A stretch of 64,000 nucleotides of DNA from an uncultured Gemmatimonadaceae bacterium (GTDB lineage: Bacteria; Gemmatimonadota; Gemmatimonadetes; Gemmatimonadales; Gemmatimonadaceae), in the NCBI GenBank assembly GCA_963843845.1, contig CAWJMB010000002.1:1760001-1824000 (forward strand). The letters are read 5' to 3'. The notes under the pieces are model-generated. The model was not told the origin of the DNA, made no database searches, and worked only from the letters and a program-made list of their open reading frames with translations. Each line of letters begins with the position of its first letter. Positions within the stretch are counted from its first letter, which is position 1. Below are positions 53,604-64,000 of this stretch, piece by piece. Both the position numbers and the translations under genes were made by a program.

Positions 53604-55631
53604 GTGCCCATCGACCGCTCCACCGTCGTGCACGGTGCGCTCGTCCTCTTCTCCGCGGCCATCGTCGCCAAGGCGGGGCAGGTCCAGATCGCGCAGCGCG
53701 ATCAGTGGCGTGCGCGCGCCCAGCAGATGCACTTCGCGGACGCGTCGCTCCCGGCGCCGCGCGGCACCATCACGGACGCGTCCGGCCGCGTGCTCGCCGA
53801 GAGCCGCGAGCTGGTGCGGTTCAACGTCGCGCCTGGCGAGGTACGCGATCGGAAGGCGTTGGGCCGGCAGCTCGCGAGGCACGGCGTGCGCCCCGAGCTG
53901 GTGCGGCGCGCGACCGACAGCACGCGCAAGTGGGTCGAGATCCCGAACGTCTTTCTTCCCGTCGACGTCGACTCGATCCGATCGATGCGCGGCGTCCACG
54001 CGGTGCCGGTCGTGCAGCGCGTCTTCTCCGGCAGCCAGGGGATGCAGAACGTCGTCGGCCGCGTCGACGCGACCGGCGTCGCGGTCGACGGGATCGAGCT
54101 CGCCCTCGACTCCGTGCTGCGCGGCGTCCGCGGCACCTCGACGCTCGTGCGCTACGGCCGCGCCGGCGCGCTCGAATCGCCGTTCGCGCGGAGCCGTGCG
54201 GCGCGGTCGGGGCACGCGGTCACGCTCACCGTCAACGCGGCGCTGCAGGACATCTGCGAGCGCGCCCTCGGCGACGCGATGACGCGGCTCGGCGCGACGG
54301 GTGGCGACATCGTCGTGCTCGACCCGCACCGCGGTGAAGTGCTCGCGCTCGCGAGCTATCGGTCGGACAAGCGCACGACCGCGGCGACGTCGCTCAGCGA
54401 GCCGTTCGAGCCGGGGTCGACGATGAAGCCGCTCGTCGCGGCCCGGCTGCTCGACATCGGGCGCGCGAAGCCAGACGAGGTGGTGAACACGGAGAACGGC
54501 GAGTATCTGATCAACAAGCGCGTCATCCACGACGACGAGCCGGCGAAGTCGCTGTCGATGCGAGACGTCATCCGCGTGTCGAGCAACATCGGCATCGTGA
54601 AGTTCGCGCAGCGCCTCACCCCGCGCGAGCAGTACGAGCTGTTGCGCGACGCCGGCTTCGGCACGCCGACCGGCGTTCCGTATCCCGCGGAGGCGGGCGG
54701 GCTGGTGCGCACGCCGGCCCGGTGGACGCCCCAGTCGTCGGCGTCGCTCGCCATGGGCTACGAGACGTCGGTGACGCCGTTGCAGCTCGCGACGGCGTAC
54801 GCGGCGATCGCGAATGGCGGACGGCTTCTCGCGCCGGCGCTCGTGCGCGAGCTGCGCGACGCGGACGGCGCGCTCGTCTGGCGGCATGAGCCGCGCATCG
54901 TCCGGCGCCTGATGTCCGAGCGGACGGCGGCGACGATGCGCGAGATGCTGAAGGCGGTCGTCGACAGCGGCACCTCGACGATGGCGAACCTCGCGAGCTT
55001 CACGCTCGTCGGCAAATCGGGAACGGCGCGGCGTGTCGAGCGCGGCGTCGGCTACGCCGCGGGACACTACAATGCGGTGTTCGCCGGGATCTTCCCGATG
55101 GAGTCGCCGCAGTTCGTGATCGTCGTGAAGATCGAGAACCCGCAGGGCGACGTGTACTTCGGCGGCAAGACGGCGGGTCCGGTGACGAAGGCCGTGATCG
55201 AGGCGGCCGTCGCCGCGCGCGACGCGGCGCTCGACCGCGCCTCGCTCGCCACGCGCGTGCTGCCGCGGGCGCTCGAGGCGTACACGCCGAAGCCGTCGGC
55301 GCGCGACACCCTCGTCGCAGCCGCGACGGTCGTCGAGGCGCCCGCCGACTTGCAGCGCGAGGTCGTGCCGGCGGAGTCGGCGTCGACGGCGTCGCGCGGT
55401 GTGCGCTACGTCGTCGATCTCCCGGCGCCGGTCGCTGGTCGCGCCCCGGCGGCGCCGTCACGCGCGGTGCCGGCCGTGCAGGGACTTCCGCTGCGCGACG
55501 CCGTGTTCGCGCTTCACCGCGCCGGCTTCCGCGTGCGGCTGAGCGGCGCAGGGGCGCCGGGTCTCACGCAGCCAGCCGCGGGCGCCGTGCTCCCGGCCGG
55601 AGCCCCGGTCACGCTCTTCCACGCGCCGTGA
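53604..55631 (+). CDS. ftsI: division transpeptidase with C-terminal PASTA domain
   Basis: PRGTITD, EPGSTMK, SSN, GKSGTA. Confidence 0.92.
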   Translation: MPIDRSTVVHGALVLFSAAIVAKAGQVQIAQRDQWRARAQQMHFADASLPAPRGTITDASGRVLAESRELVRFNVAPGEVRDRKALGRQLARHGVRPELVRRATDSTRKWVEIPNVFLPVDVDSIRSMRGVHAVPVVQRVFSGSQGMQNVVGRVDATGVAVDGIELALDSVLRGVRGTSTLVRYGRAGALESPFARSRAARSGHAVTLTVNAALQDICERALGDAMTRLGATGGDIVVLDPHRGEVLALASYRSDKRTTAATSLSEPFEPGSTMKPLVAARLLDIGRAKPDEVVNTENGEYLINKRVIHDDEPAKSLSMRDVIRVSSNIGIVKFAQRLTPREQYELLRDAGFGTPTGVPYPAEAGGLVRTPARWTPQSSASLAMGYETSVTPLQLATAYAAIANGGRLLAPALVRELRDADGALVWRHEPRIVRRLMSERTAATMREMLKAVVDSGTSTMANLASFTLVGKSGTARRVERGVGYAAGHYNAVFAGIFPMESPQFVIVVKIENPQGDVYFGGKTAGPVTKAVIEAAVAARDAALDRASLATRVLPRALEAYTPKPSARDTLVAAATVVEAPADLQREVVPAESASTASRGVRYVVDLPAPVAGRAPAAPSRAVPAVQGLPLRDAVFALHRAGFRVRLSGAGAPGLTQPAAGAVLPAGAPVTLFHAP

Positions 55632-57124
55632 TGATCGCGCTCGACGCCATCCGCCGCGCGCTCGACGAGCGTGGACTGCTCGTCGACACGCGCGGCGCCG
55701 TCCCGGACGCGGTGGAGTCCGTCACCGACGACAGCCGGGACGTGCGCCACGGCGCGCTGTTCATCGCCGTCCGCGGCTCGACGAGCGACGGGCACGCCTA
55801 CCTCGCGCAGGCGGCGGAACGCGGCGCGGCCGCGGCGATCGTCGAAGATCCGACGGCCACGTCGCTTCCGGCGCTCGTCGTCCGCGACGGCCGCCGCGCG
55901 GCCGCGATCGCGGCGGCGACGGCGTTCGGCACTCCGGCCGATCGCCTCACGCTCGTCGGCGTCACCGGCACGAACGGCAAGACGACGACGGTCGGTCTGC
56001 TGCGTCACCTGCTCGACGACGAGTCACGGCGCGCCGCGTCGATCGGAACGTTGGGCGTGCTGCTCGGCAGCGCGGGCGACGAGGTGCCGGGCGGAGCGGG
56101 GCTCACGACGCCGGGGCCGGTCGAGCTGCAGCGCGTGCTCCGCGCGCTCGTCGACCGCGGCGTGCGGACGGTCGCGATGGAGGTGTCGTCGCACGCGCTC
56201 GAGCAGCGGCGTGTCGAAGGGGTGCAGTTCGCCGCGGGCGTGTTCACGAACCTCACGCGCGACCATCTCGATTATCACGGGTCCATGGACGCGTACCGCG
56301 CCGCGAAGCTGCGCCTCGTCGAGTGCCTGACGGCCGACGGCGCCGCGGTCGTCAACGTCGACGATCCGGCGTGGCGCGACATGCCGCGCGCGGCCCGCAC
56401 CGTCACGTTCTCCGGCACCGGCGCAGAGGCGGATGTGCGGCTCGTCGACGTGGTCCACGACGCGAGCGGAAGTAGTGGCTCGCTCGTCGCGGGCGGAGCG
56501 ACGGCGGCGGTTCGCCTGCCGCTCATCGGTGACTTCAACGTCGCGAACGTCGCCGGCGCGGCGGCCGCCGCCATCGCGTTAGGCATGACGGTCGCCGACG
56601 TCGCGGCGCGCGTCGCGACGATCCCGCAGGTGCCCGGCCGACTCGAAGTGGTGCACCAGCGCCCGACGGTGTTGCGCGACTACGCCCACACGCCAGACGC
56701 CCTCGTGCGCGCGCTCGCGGCGGTCCGTCCATCCGCGCGCGGTCGACTGATCGTCGTCTTCGGCGCGGGCGGCGACCGCGACCCGGGTAAGCGCCCCGAG
56801 ATGGGCCGCGCTGCCGAGGAGGGCGCGGACGTCGCGATCGTGACGAGCGACAACCCGCGGACCGAGGACCCGGAGCGCATTCTCGACGACATCGAGCGCG
56901 GCATGACTCGGCCGCACGAGCGCGTGGTCGATCGACGCGACGCCATCGCGCGCGCGCTCGCTCTCGCCGAGCCGGATGACGTGGTCGTGCTCGCCGGCAA
57001 GGGACACGAGACGTATCAGATCCGCGGTACGACGAAATACCCCTTCGACGAACGGGCGATCGTCGCGGAGCTGGCGGCGGCACGAGCGGTGGCGACCGAC
57101 GGGCCGCGCGTGGGCGGGGCATGA
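55628..57124 (+). CDS. murE: UDP-MurNAc-tripeptide synthetase
   Basis: GTNGKTT, MEVSSH, DHLDYH, DYAHTPD, SDNPR (DAP-type), AGKGHE. Confidence 0.96.
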   Translation: MMIALDAIRRALDERGLLVDTRGAVPDAVESVTDDSRDVRHGALFIAVRGSTSDGHAYLAQAAERGAAAAIVEDPTATSLPALVVRDGRRAAAIAAATAFGTPADRLTLVGVTGTNGKTTTVGLLRHLLDDESRRAASIGTLGVLLGSAGDEVPGGAGLTTPGPVELQRVLRALVDRGVRTVAMEVSSHALEQRRVEGVQFAAGVFTNLTRDHLDYHGSMDAYRAAKLRLVECLTADGAAVVNVDDPAWRDMPRAARTVTFSGTGAEADVRLVDVVHDASGSSGSLVAGGATAAVRLPLIGDFNVANVAGAAAAAIALGMTVADVAARVATIPQVPGRLEVVHQRPTVLRDYAHTPDALVRALAAVRPSARGRLIVVFGAGGDRDPGKRPEMGRAAEEGADVAIVTSDNPRTEDPERILDDIERGMTRPHERVVDRRDAIARALALAEPDDVVVLAGKGHETYQIRGTTKYPFDERAIVAELAAARAVATDGPRVGGA

Positions 57125-58524
57125 GTACCGCGCCGCCGGCCACCGCCACGCACGACTTCTGGACGCTGAGCCGCGTCGCCGCCGCGCTGGACGACGTCTC
57201 GCTCGGCGCCATCCCGCGCGGCGAGCGCGTGATCCGCGGCGTGTCCACGGATACGCGTGCCGTCGCGCCGGGCGACCTGTTCGTCGCGCTCCGCGGCGAG
57301 CGATTCGACGCGCACGACTTCCTCGCCACCGCCGTCGAGCGCGGCGCCGCGGCGCTCGTCGTCGAGGACGGGCGCCGAGCCGCGGGGCTCGGGCTTCCGG
57401 TCTACGAGGTCACCGACACGCTCGTCGCGCTCGGGCGGCTCGGGCGCTGCTGGCGGCGAGCATGGGGGCGCAGCGTCGTCGCGATCGCGGGATCGAACGG
57501 CAAGACGAGCACGAAGGAGTTGCTGCGCGCGGCGCTCGCCGGATCGCTCGAGGTCTCCGCGACGTTGGGCAACCTGAACAACCTGATCGGCGTGCCGCTC
57601 ACGTTGCTCGCGATCCCGCCGTCGGCGGACGTCGCGGTCGTGGAGATGGGGACGAACACGCCGGGGGAGATCGCGACGCTGCGCGCGATCGTCGAGCCCG
57701 ACGTGGTCGTCATGACGTCGATCGGCGAGGAGCACCTCGAGGGGCTCGGCGACCTCGCCGGGGTGCTGCGCGAGGAGAGCGACGCCTTCGATGGCGTCGC
57801 GCTGGCGATCGTGCCGGCGGACCAGCCGGAGATCGCTGCGGCGGCGCGCGGACGCGCCGCGCGCGTCGTCGAGGTCGGGCTGGACGCCGGCGACGTCACC
57901 GCCGACGCGTGGTCGATCGCGCCGGACGGTCGCGGCACGCTCTCCTTCGATGGCGTCGCCATCCGTCCGCCACTCCGCGGGGCGCACAACCTCCGCAACG
58001 CGATGCTCGCCCTCGCCGCCGCGCAGGCGCTCGGCGTTGCAGCTGACGCGGCGGGAGGCGGGATCGCGGGGATGCCGCAGCCGTCGATGCGATCGGCGTG
58101 GTCGGCGTTAGGCACGGCGACCCTCATCAACGACGCCTACAACGCGAACCCCGGCAGCACGCGTGCGGCGATCGACCTCCTGACGACGGCGGGCGGAGGG
58201 CGGCAGCGCGTCGCGGTCCTGGGGACGATGCGCGAGCTCGGCGCGCACGGCGACCGCCTGCACGACGAGATGGCCCGCCGCGCGCTCGACGCGGGCATCG
58301 AGGTGGTCGCCGGCATCGGCGACTTCGGTCCCGCGCTCGCCCGCGTCGCGCCGGACGACCCACGGATCGTCGTCGCGGCGGATGCCGATGCACTGTGGCC
58401 ACTGCTCGCACCGCGGCTCGCTCGCGACGCGGTCATCCTGCTCAAGGCGTCGCGCGGCGTCGCCCTCGAGCGGATCGTCCCGGCGCTCGACGCGTGGGCC
58501 GCCGACGCCGCACGCGGTCGGTAG
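57121..58524 (+). CDS. murF: UDP-MurNAc-pentapeptide synthetase
   Basis: GSNGKTSTK, NNLIGVPLT, NDAYNANP, LKASRG. Confidence 0.96.
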   Translation: MSTAPPATATHDFWTLSRVAAALDDVSLGAIPRGERVIRGVSTDTRAVAPGDLFVALRGERFDAHDFLATAVERGAAALVVEDGRRAAGLGLPVYEVTDTLVALGRLGRCWRRAWGRSVVAIAGSNGKTSTKELLRAALAGSLEVSATLGNLNNLIGVPLTLLAIPPSADVAVVEMGTNTPGEIATLRAIVEPDVVVMTSIGEEHLEGLGDLAGVLREESDAFDGVALAIVPADQPEIAAAARGRAARVVEVGLDAGDVTADAWSIAPDGRGTLSFDGVAIRPPLRGAHNLRNAMLALAAAQALGVAADAAGGGIAGMPQPSMRSAWSALGTATLINDAYNANPGSTRAAIDLLTTAGGGRQRVAVLGTMRELGAHGDRLHDEMARRALDAGIEVVAGIGDFGPALARVAPDDPRIVVAADADALWPLLAPRLARDAVILLKASRGVALERIVPALDAWAADAARGR

Positions 58525-58562
58525 ATTCACCGGCTTCGACGATACCGACCAGACACCGCCAC

Positions 58563-59717
58563 GTGCTCCACTTCTTCTTGCAGCCGTTCGCGCGCAGCGT
58601 GAAGCTGTTCAACCTCCTGAACTACATCACGTTCCGGTCGGCCGCGGCGTTCGTCACCGCCCTGCTCGTCACGTGGATCGCCGGGCCGATCATCATCCGC
58701 CGGCTGCGCGCGCTCGCGGTGAACCAGGTCGTGCGGGAAGGCACGCCCGACACGCACGCCGGGAAGGGAACGACGCCGACGATGGGCGGCATCATCATCC
58801 TGCTGGCGACGTTCGTGCCCCTGCTGCTCTGGGGGCGCTTCACGTGGCACCGAGGAGGGCAATACCTCGTCATCGCGATGAGCCTGATGGCGTGGATGGG
58901 CGCCATCGGCTTCCTCGACGACTACTTGAAGCTTCGACAGAAGCGACTCGGCGTGAAGAACGAAGGGCTCGTCGAGCGCTACAAGCTGGCCGGCCAGCTC
59001 ACGGCGGGACTCGCGTTGGGCCTCTACGTCTGGCTCGCGCCCCTCTCGACGCTTCCGGGCGCCTCCACGACGCTGCCGTTCTTCAAGTACACACTGCTCG
59101 TGCCGAGCACCGCGGCACTCACCTTCCTGTTCCTCGGCTTCGTGACGTTCGTCATCACGGGGACGAGCAACGCCGTCAACATCACCGACGGCCTCGACGG
59201 ACTCGCCTCCGGCCTCATGGGAATCGCCGCGGCGACGTTCGGCCTCTTCGCCTACCTGTTCGGCCGCATCGACACCAGCGCGTACCTGCAGGTGTTCTAC
59301 CTGCGCGGCGCCGGCGAGCTCACGGTGTTCTGTGCGGCGATCGTCGGCGCGTGTATCGGCTTCCTCTGGTACAACACGTTTCCGGCGCAGGTGTTCATGG
59401 GCGACACCGGCGCGCTCGCGTTGGGCGGTGCGCTCGGCGCGGTCGCCGTGCTGCTCAAGAGCGAGTTCCTGCTCCTCATCATCGGCGGCGTGTTCGTCGC
59501 CGAGATGATCTCGGTGATCCTGCAGCGCACGGTCTTCAAGTACCGTCGCAAGCGTCACGGGCGCGAGTACGCCGAGACACATCGGGTGTTCAGAAAGGCG
59601 CCGCTGCATCACCACTTCGAGGTGTCGGGGTGGCCGGAGACGCAGGTCGTCGTGCGCTTCTGGCTCATCGGGATCCTCTGCGCGATCGTCGCGCTCAGCA
59701 CGTTGAAACTGCGCTGA
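58563..59717 (+). CDS. mraY: phospho-MurNAc-pentapeptide translocase
   Basis: TPTMGG, GFLDDYLK, NAVNITDGLDGL, FMGDTG, APLHHHFE. Confidence 0.97.
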   Translation: MLHFFLQPFARSVKLFNLLNYITFRSAAAFVTALLVTWIAGPIIIRRLRALAVNQVVREGTPDTHAGKGTTPTMGGIIILLATFVPLLLWGRFTWHRGGQYLVIAMSLMAWMGAIGFLDDYLKLRQKRLGVKNEGLVERYKLAGQLTAGLALGLYVWLAPLSTLPGASTTLPFFKYTLLVPSTAALTFLFLGFVTFVITGTSNAVNITDGLDGLASGLMGIAAATFGLFAYLFGRIDTSAYLQVFYLRGAGELTVFCAAIVGACIGFLWYNTFPAQVFMGDTGALALGGALGAVAVLLKSEFLLLIIGGVFVAEMISVILQRTVFKYRRKRHGREYAETHRVFRKAPLHHHFEVSGWPETQVVVRFWLIGILCAIVALSTLKLR

Positions 59718-59720
59718 CAC

Positions 59721-61149
59721 ATGCGGAGCGGCTTTTTCCACGGACGCGCCCCGGGCGAGGTGGCGGTGATCGGGCTCGGTCGGAGTGGGCGGTCGGTCGC
59801 CGAGCTGCTCGCGCGTGACGGCCACCGCGTCTACGCTTCGGACGCAGGCGGCTCGGCCGCCGTGCACGATGCGGCGGCCGCGTTGGGCGCGCTCGGCGTC
59901 GCGGTCGACGTCGGTTCGCACGATCTCGCGCGTGTCGCACGGGCGGCGCTCGTCGTCGCGAGTCCGGGCGTGCCCCCGAGCGCGCCGCCGATCGTGGCCG
60001 CGAGCGACGCGCACGTCTCCGTCGTGGGCGAGATCGAGGTGGCGCTCGACTACCTCCCCGCCTTGCAGACGATCGCCGTCACCGGCACGAACGGAAAGAC
60101 GACGACGACGGCGCTCATCGGCCACCTGCTGCGCTCGTTGGGCCACGACGCGGTCGATGCCGGCAACATCGGCACGCCGCTCGCCGAGCTGGCGCTTCGT
60201 GACGCGCCCCCCGCGTGGGCCGCGCTCGAGCTGTCATCGTTTCAGCTGCACGACACGCCGAGCGTCCGGCCGACGGTCGGGGTCGTGACGAATCTGAGCC
60301 CCGACCACCTCGACCGCTACGCGTCGATCGATGCGTACTACGCCGACAAGGCGCTGCTGTTCGCCAACGCGACCGCCGCGTCGCGTTGGGTGCTGAACGC
60401 CGACGACCCCGACGTGTTCGGACTCTTCCGCCGCATTCCCGGCGCGCCGCCCACGTTGCCGGGCACGACGTTCGGGTTCAGCACCGCGACGACCGCGGCC
60501 TCGGCCTACTACGATCGTGTGGCGAACACGCTCGTGCTGCTCGAGGAGCCGCTGCTGGCGCGCGACGAGTTCGCGCTGCTGGGCGATCACAACGTCGCGA
60601 ACGCGCTCGCCGCGTCGCTCGCGGTGGCCGTCGCTCGTCCCGAGCACGCCACCGCCGCGGCGAGGACGCGCATCGCCGACGGGTTGCGGTCGTTCGGCGC
60701 GCTGTCGCACCGCATGGAACCCGTCGGCACGTACAGCGGCGTCGAGTGGATCAACGACTCGAAGGCGACCAATGTCGCGTCGACGCGCGTCGCGCTCGCG
60801 GGGATGCGGCGGCCGTACGTGCTGCTGCTGGGCGGCCGTCACAAGGGCGAGCCGTACACCGCGCTCGCCGAGCCGTTCGCCGCCTTCGGCACGACCGTAC
60901 TCGCCTACGGCGAGGCCGCGTCGATCATCCAGGAGGATCTCGGAGCGCTCGTTCGCGTCGAACGGATGGGCTCCTCGTTCGAGGACGTCATGCGTCGTGC
61001 GCGCGCAGCTCGCACCGTCCGGCGGCGCCGTACTGCTCTCGCCCGCGTGCTCGAGCTTCGACATGTTCGACAACTACGCGGAGCGCGGGGCCGAGTTCCG
61101 GCGCCTCGCCGCCGTCGTCTCGCAGGACGCGCAGGAGATGTCTCGATGA
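59721..61149 (+). CDS. murD: UDP-MurNAc-L-Ala-D-Glu ligase (apparent frameshift near 61010)
   Basis: GLGRSG, SPGVP, GTNGKTT, ELSSFQL, NDSKATN, LLSPACSSFDMF. Confidence 0.95.
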
Positions 61150-62385
61150 GTGCAGCCGCCCGTCCGCAGCTCGACTCCGCCGCGTTGGGCAAGTACGACC
61201 GCCGCGCCGAAGTCCGCCCCGCGATCGCCGAGGTCCGCGAACGGTGGCGCATGCACGGGGCGGCGCGTGCGATGATCCTCGTGACGGCAGTGCTGCTCGC
61301 GTTCGGACTCGCGACGCTCTACAGCGCGAGCGCGATCGTCGCAGTGCAGGAGGGGAAGGCCGGCGCGTACTACCTGCTGAAGCAGCTCAGCGGCGCTGCG
61401 GTCGGCGTGGTCGTGTTCGCGATCGCCGCGAAAGTGGATGCGGAGCGCTGGCGGCGGTGGGCGTGGCCGCTCATGGCGGGTGCACTCGCGTTGATGCTGC
61501 TCACGGTACTCCCCTTCACCGAGCGCATCGCGCCGCGCATCCACGGGTCGCGCCGCTTTCTGTTGGGCGGATCGATCCAGCCGTCCGAGCTGGCGAAGTT
61601 CGCGGTCATCGTCTGGACGTCGATGTTGCTCGTGAAGAAGCAGGCGGACGGCACCCTGTCCCGGTTGTCGAAAGGGTTGCTGCCCTTCCTCGTCGTCGTC
61701 GGCTCGCTCGCCGTCCTCGCCGCACTCGAGCCGGACCTGTCGATCGCGATGACGTTCCTGCTCATCATGTCGATCATCCTGTTCGCCGGCGGCGTGCGCA
61801 TCGGCCACTTCATCGCGCTCGGGCGTGATGGCGATCCCGGTGTTGTGGCGGAAAGCCGAGGACTTGCAGTACGTCATGCTGCGGCTGAGCAGCTTCTTCG
61901 ACCCGGGGAAGCAGGCGACGGCCGACGTCAGCTTCCAGCTCAAGCAGTCGCTCGTCGCGGTGGGGTCGGGGGGCGTGTTCGGCGCCGGATTCGGGAAGGG
62001 GATGCAGCAGTACGGCTACCTCCCGTTTCCCTACTCCGACTTCATCGGCAGCAACATCGGCGAGGAGTGGGGCTTCGTCGGGCTCACCCTCCTCACGACC
62101 GCCTACGCGACCTACTGCTGGCTCGGCTTCCGGATCGCGCGCCAGGCGCGGACGCCGTTCCTGCGATACGTCGCGGTCGGGCTCACGACGACGATGGTGC
62201 TGACGGCGTACCTGCACATCGGCGTCGTCATCGGTCTGCTGCCGACGACGGGGCTCACGCTCCCGTTCATCTCGTACGGACGGTCGAATCTCGTGCTCTC
62301 GATGCTCATGACGGGCGTGCTCGTCAACATCGGCAGCGAGCGGCAGCGCGTCGTCGGTGAGCACGCGACCGACCCGTTCGCCTGA
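61146..62385 (+). CDS. ftsW: SEDS peptidoglycan polymerase (apparent frameshift near 61825)
   Basis: YSAS, IQPSELAK, EPDL, GSGG.FG.G.G, SDFI..IGEEWG, LPFISYG. Confidence 0.94.
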
Positions 62386-62397
62386 CGGATCGCGAAC

Positions 62398-63520
62398 GTG
62401 CGCATCTGGGTCACGGGGGGCGGCACCGGTGGACACCTCTACCCCGGCCTCGCGATCGCTCGCGCGATCGTGCGCGCGGACCCGCGCGTGCGGCCGTACT
62501 TCGTCGGCGCGCGGCGCGGGATCGAGCGCGACGTGCTGCCGACGACCGAGTTCCCGCACACGTTGCTCGACCTGCACCCGCTGTATCGCGCGCGCCCGTG
62601 GGAGAACTGGCGCACGCTGCGCGGCGCGGCCGGCGCGTGGCGCGCGTTAGGCACCGTCTACGAGGCCGAGCCACCTGCGGCGGTGATCGGGACGGGAGGA
62701 TACGCCGCCGGCCTGGCGCTGGCGTTCGGCGTCGCGCGCGGCGTGCCGATCATGTTGAACGAGGCGGACAGTCACCCCGGGCTCACGACGCGCGCATTCG
62801 CCCGGGTCGCGGCCGAGGTGTTCCTCGGCTTTCCGGAGGCCGCACGGCGGCTCGCCCCCGGGCGTGCGACACGGGTCGAGGCGTTCGGCAACCCCATCGA
62901 GCCACCGCCGCCGGTGCGTCCCGATCCCGCCGCCGCGCGTGCGGCGTGGGGGTTCCCCGCCGACGCGTTCGTCGTGCTGGTCGTCGGCGGAAGCCAGGGT
63001 GCGAGGGGAATCAACGCGGTGGTCGCGACACTCGCCGGGGCGGGCCTTCCGTCGCCGCTGCACCTCGTCTGGGCGACCGGCCGCACGCAGTACGACGAGT
63101 ACGCGCCGCTCGACGGCGCGTGCGAGGGGCGCGTGCGGGTGCGCCCGTATCTCGCGCCGATCGCCGACGCGTACGCGGCGGCTGACGTCGCGCTCACGCG
63201 AGCCGGCGCGATGACGATCGCGGAGCTCTGCGCGTGGGGCATTCCGAGCGTGCTCGTGCCGCTCCCGACGGCCGCCGCCGATCACCAGACGCACAACGCG
63301 CTCGACGATGGCCGCCGCCGGCGCGGCGGTGCATCTCCCGCAGGCCGAGCTGTCGGCCGCCTCGCTCGTCGCGCTCCTCTCCGGTCTCGCCACGGACGGG
63401 CCGCGCCGGTCGGCGATGGCGTCTGCGGCCGCCGCGCGCGGCCGTCCGGACGCGGCCGCGCGCATCGCCGGTCGCGTGCTCGAGCGTATCGCCGCGACGC
63501 GGTCGGCCCGCTCACCTTGA
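62398..63520 (+). CDS. murG: MurG glycosyltransferase (apparent frameshift near 63305)
   Basis: GGGTGGHLYP, GTGGY, GNPI, GGSQGA, RAGAMT, DHQTHNA. Confidence 0.95.
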
Positions 63521-63559
63521 GGGCGTCGAACGCGCCGCCCATATTCCGCGCCCGCTCCC

Positions 63560-64000
63560 ATGTCTCTGCTCCTCGCCGCCGATCCGCGTCCTGTCCACTT
63601 CGTCGGCATCTCCGGCGCCGGGATGAGCGCGCTCGCCGAGCTGTTCGCGCGGCGCGGAGCGGCGGTGACCGGCTGCGACGCGCACCCGTCGCATACCGAC
63701 GACCTTCGCCGGCTCGGCGTCGAGGTCACCGCGGGCCATGACCCGCACCACGTCGTCGGCGCACGGGCCGTCGTGGTCACGTCGGCGATGCCGAAGAATC
63801 ATCCGGAGCTCGACGCCGCGCGCGCGGAGGGGATTCCGGTGATTCGCCGCGCCGAGGCGCTCGCGGAAGCGACGGCCGGGGGGACGCTCGTCGGCGTCTC
63901 GGGTACGCACGGCAAGACGACGACGACGGTGCTGACGACCGAGGCGCTCGCGGCCGCCGGGCTGTTGCCGATCGGTGTCGCCGGGGGTCGCGTCGGACGC
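63560..64000 (+). CDS. murC: UDP-MurNAc-L-Ala ligase (3'-truncated by window)
   Basis: VHFVGISGAGMSALA, TSAM..NHPE, RRAEALA, SGTHGKTTTT. Confidence 0.95.
   Translation, partial: MSLLLAADPRPVHFVGISGAGMSALAELFARRGAAVTGCDAHPSHTDDLRRLGVEVTAGHDPHHVVGARAVVVTSAMPKNHPELDAARAEGIPVIRRAEALAEATAGGTLVGVSGTHGKTTTTVLTTEALAAAGLLPIGVAGGRVGR

Noticed and set aside
59721..62360. MurD-FtsW fusion in the ORF track
   Set aside because: Produced by an indel near 61010; the MurD C-terminus (LLSPACSSFDMF) is in another frame and ends at 61149

Overview
A very GC-rich (about 70-73% by eye) bacterial chromosomal segment, mostly core genome. Gene content and order suggest Gemmatimonadota (inference). Many essential genes carry single-base indels, which points to an unpolished long-read consensus rather than real pseudogenes. 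Contents in order: glyA-(two small ORFs)-nnr-thiL-plsC-eno-ftsB; two tRNA(CAT) genes; deoC plus a double-domain aldehyde dehydrogenase; a GHL10 hydrolase; a DUF4403-like lipoprotein; an S9 peptidase; a membrane protein; a second FtsH-like protease; a thioredoxin-like protein; a large secreted HEXXH/beta-propeller protein; tilS-hpt-ftsH-dacA-DUF2723-yggS-divIVA-ileS-dksA-lspA-lspA-rluA; a receptor-less chemosensory-like locus (cheW-cheY-cheA-cheC-TPR-DUF4388-mglA-orf-DUF4388/TPR-cheR-TPR-peptidase); tRNA-Val; a secreted TPR protein; and the dcw cluster from rsmH to murC. Four signals stand out: (1) a non-palindromic (C)GTTAGGC motif found 17 times, mostly by using rare TTA-GGC codons; (2) the Che/MglA/DUF4388/TPR locus with no MCP, CheB or MglB; (3) an unannotated structured ~220-nt minus-strand element with a perfect 13-nt Shine-Dalgarno and a 15-codon ORF; (4) an IleRS with a GIHH signature motif in place of HIGH.
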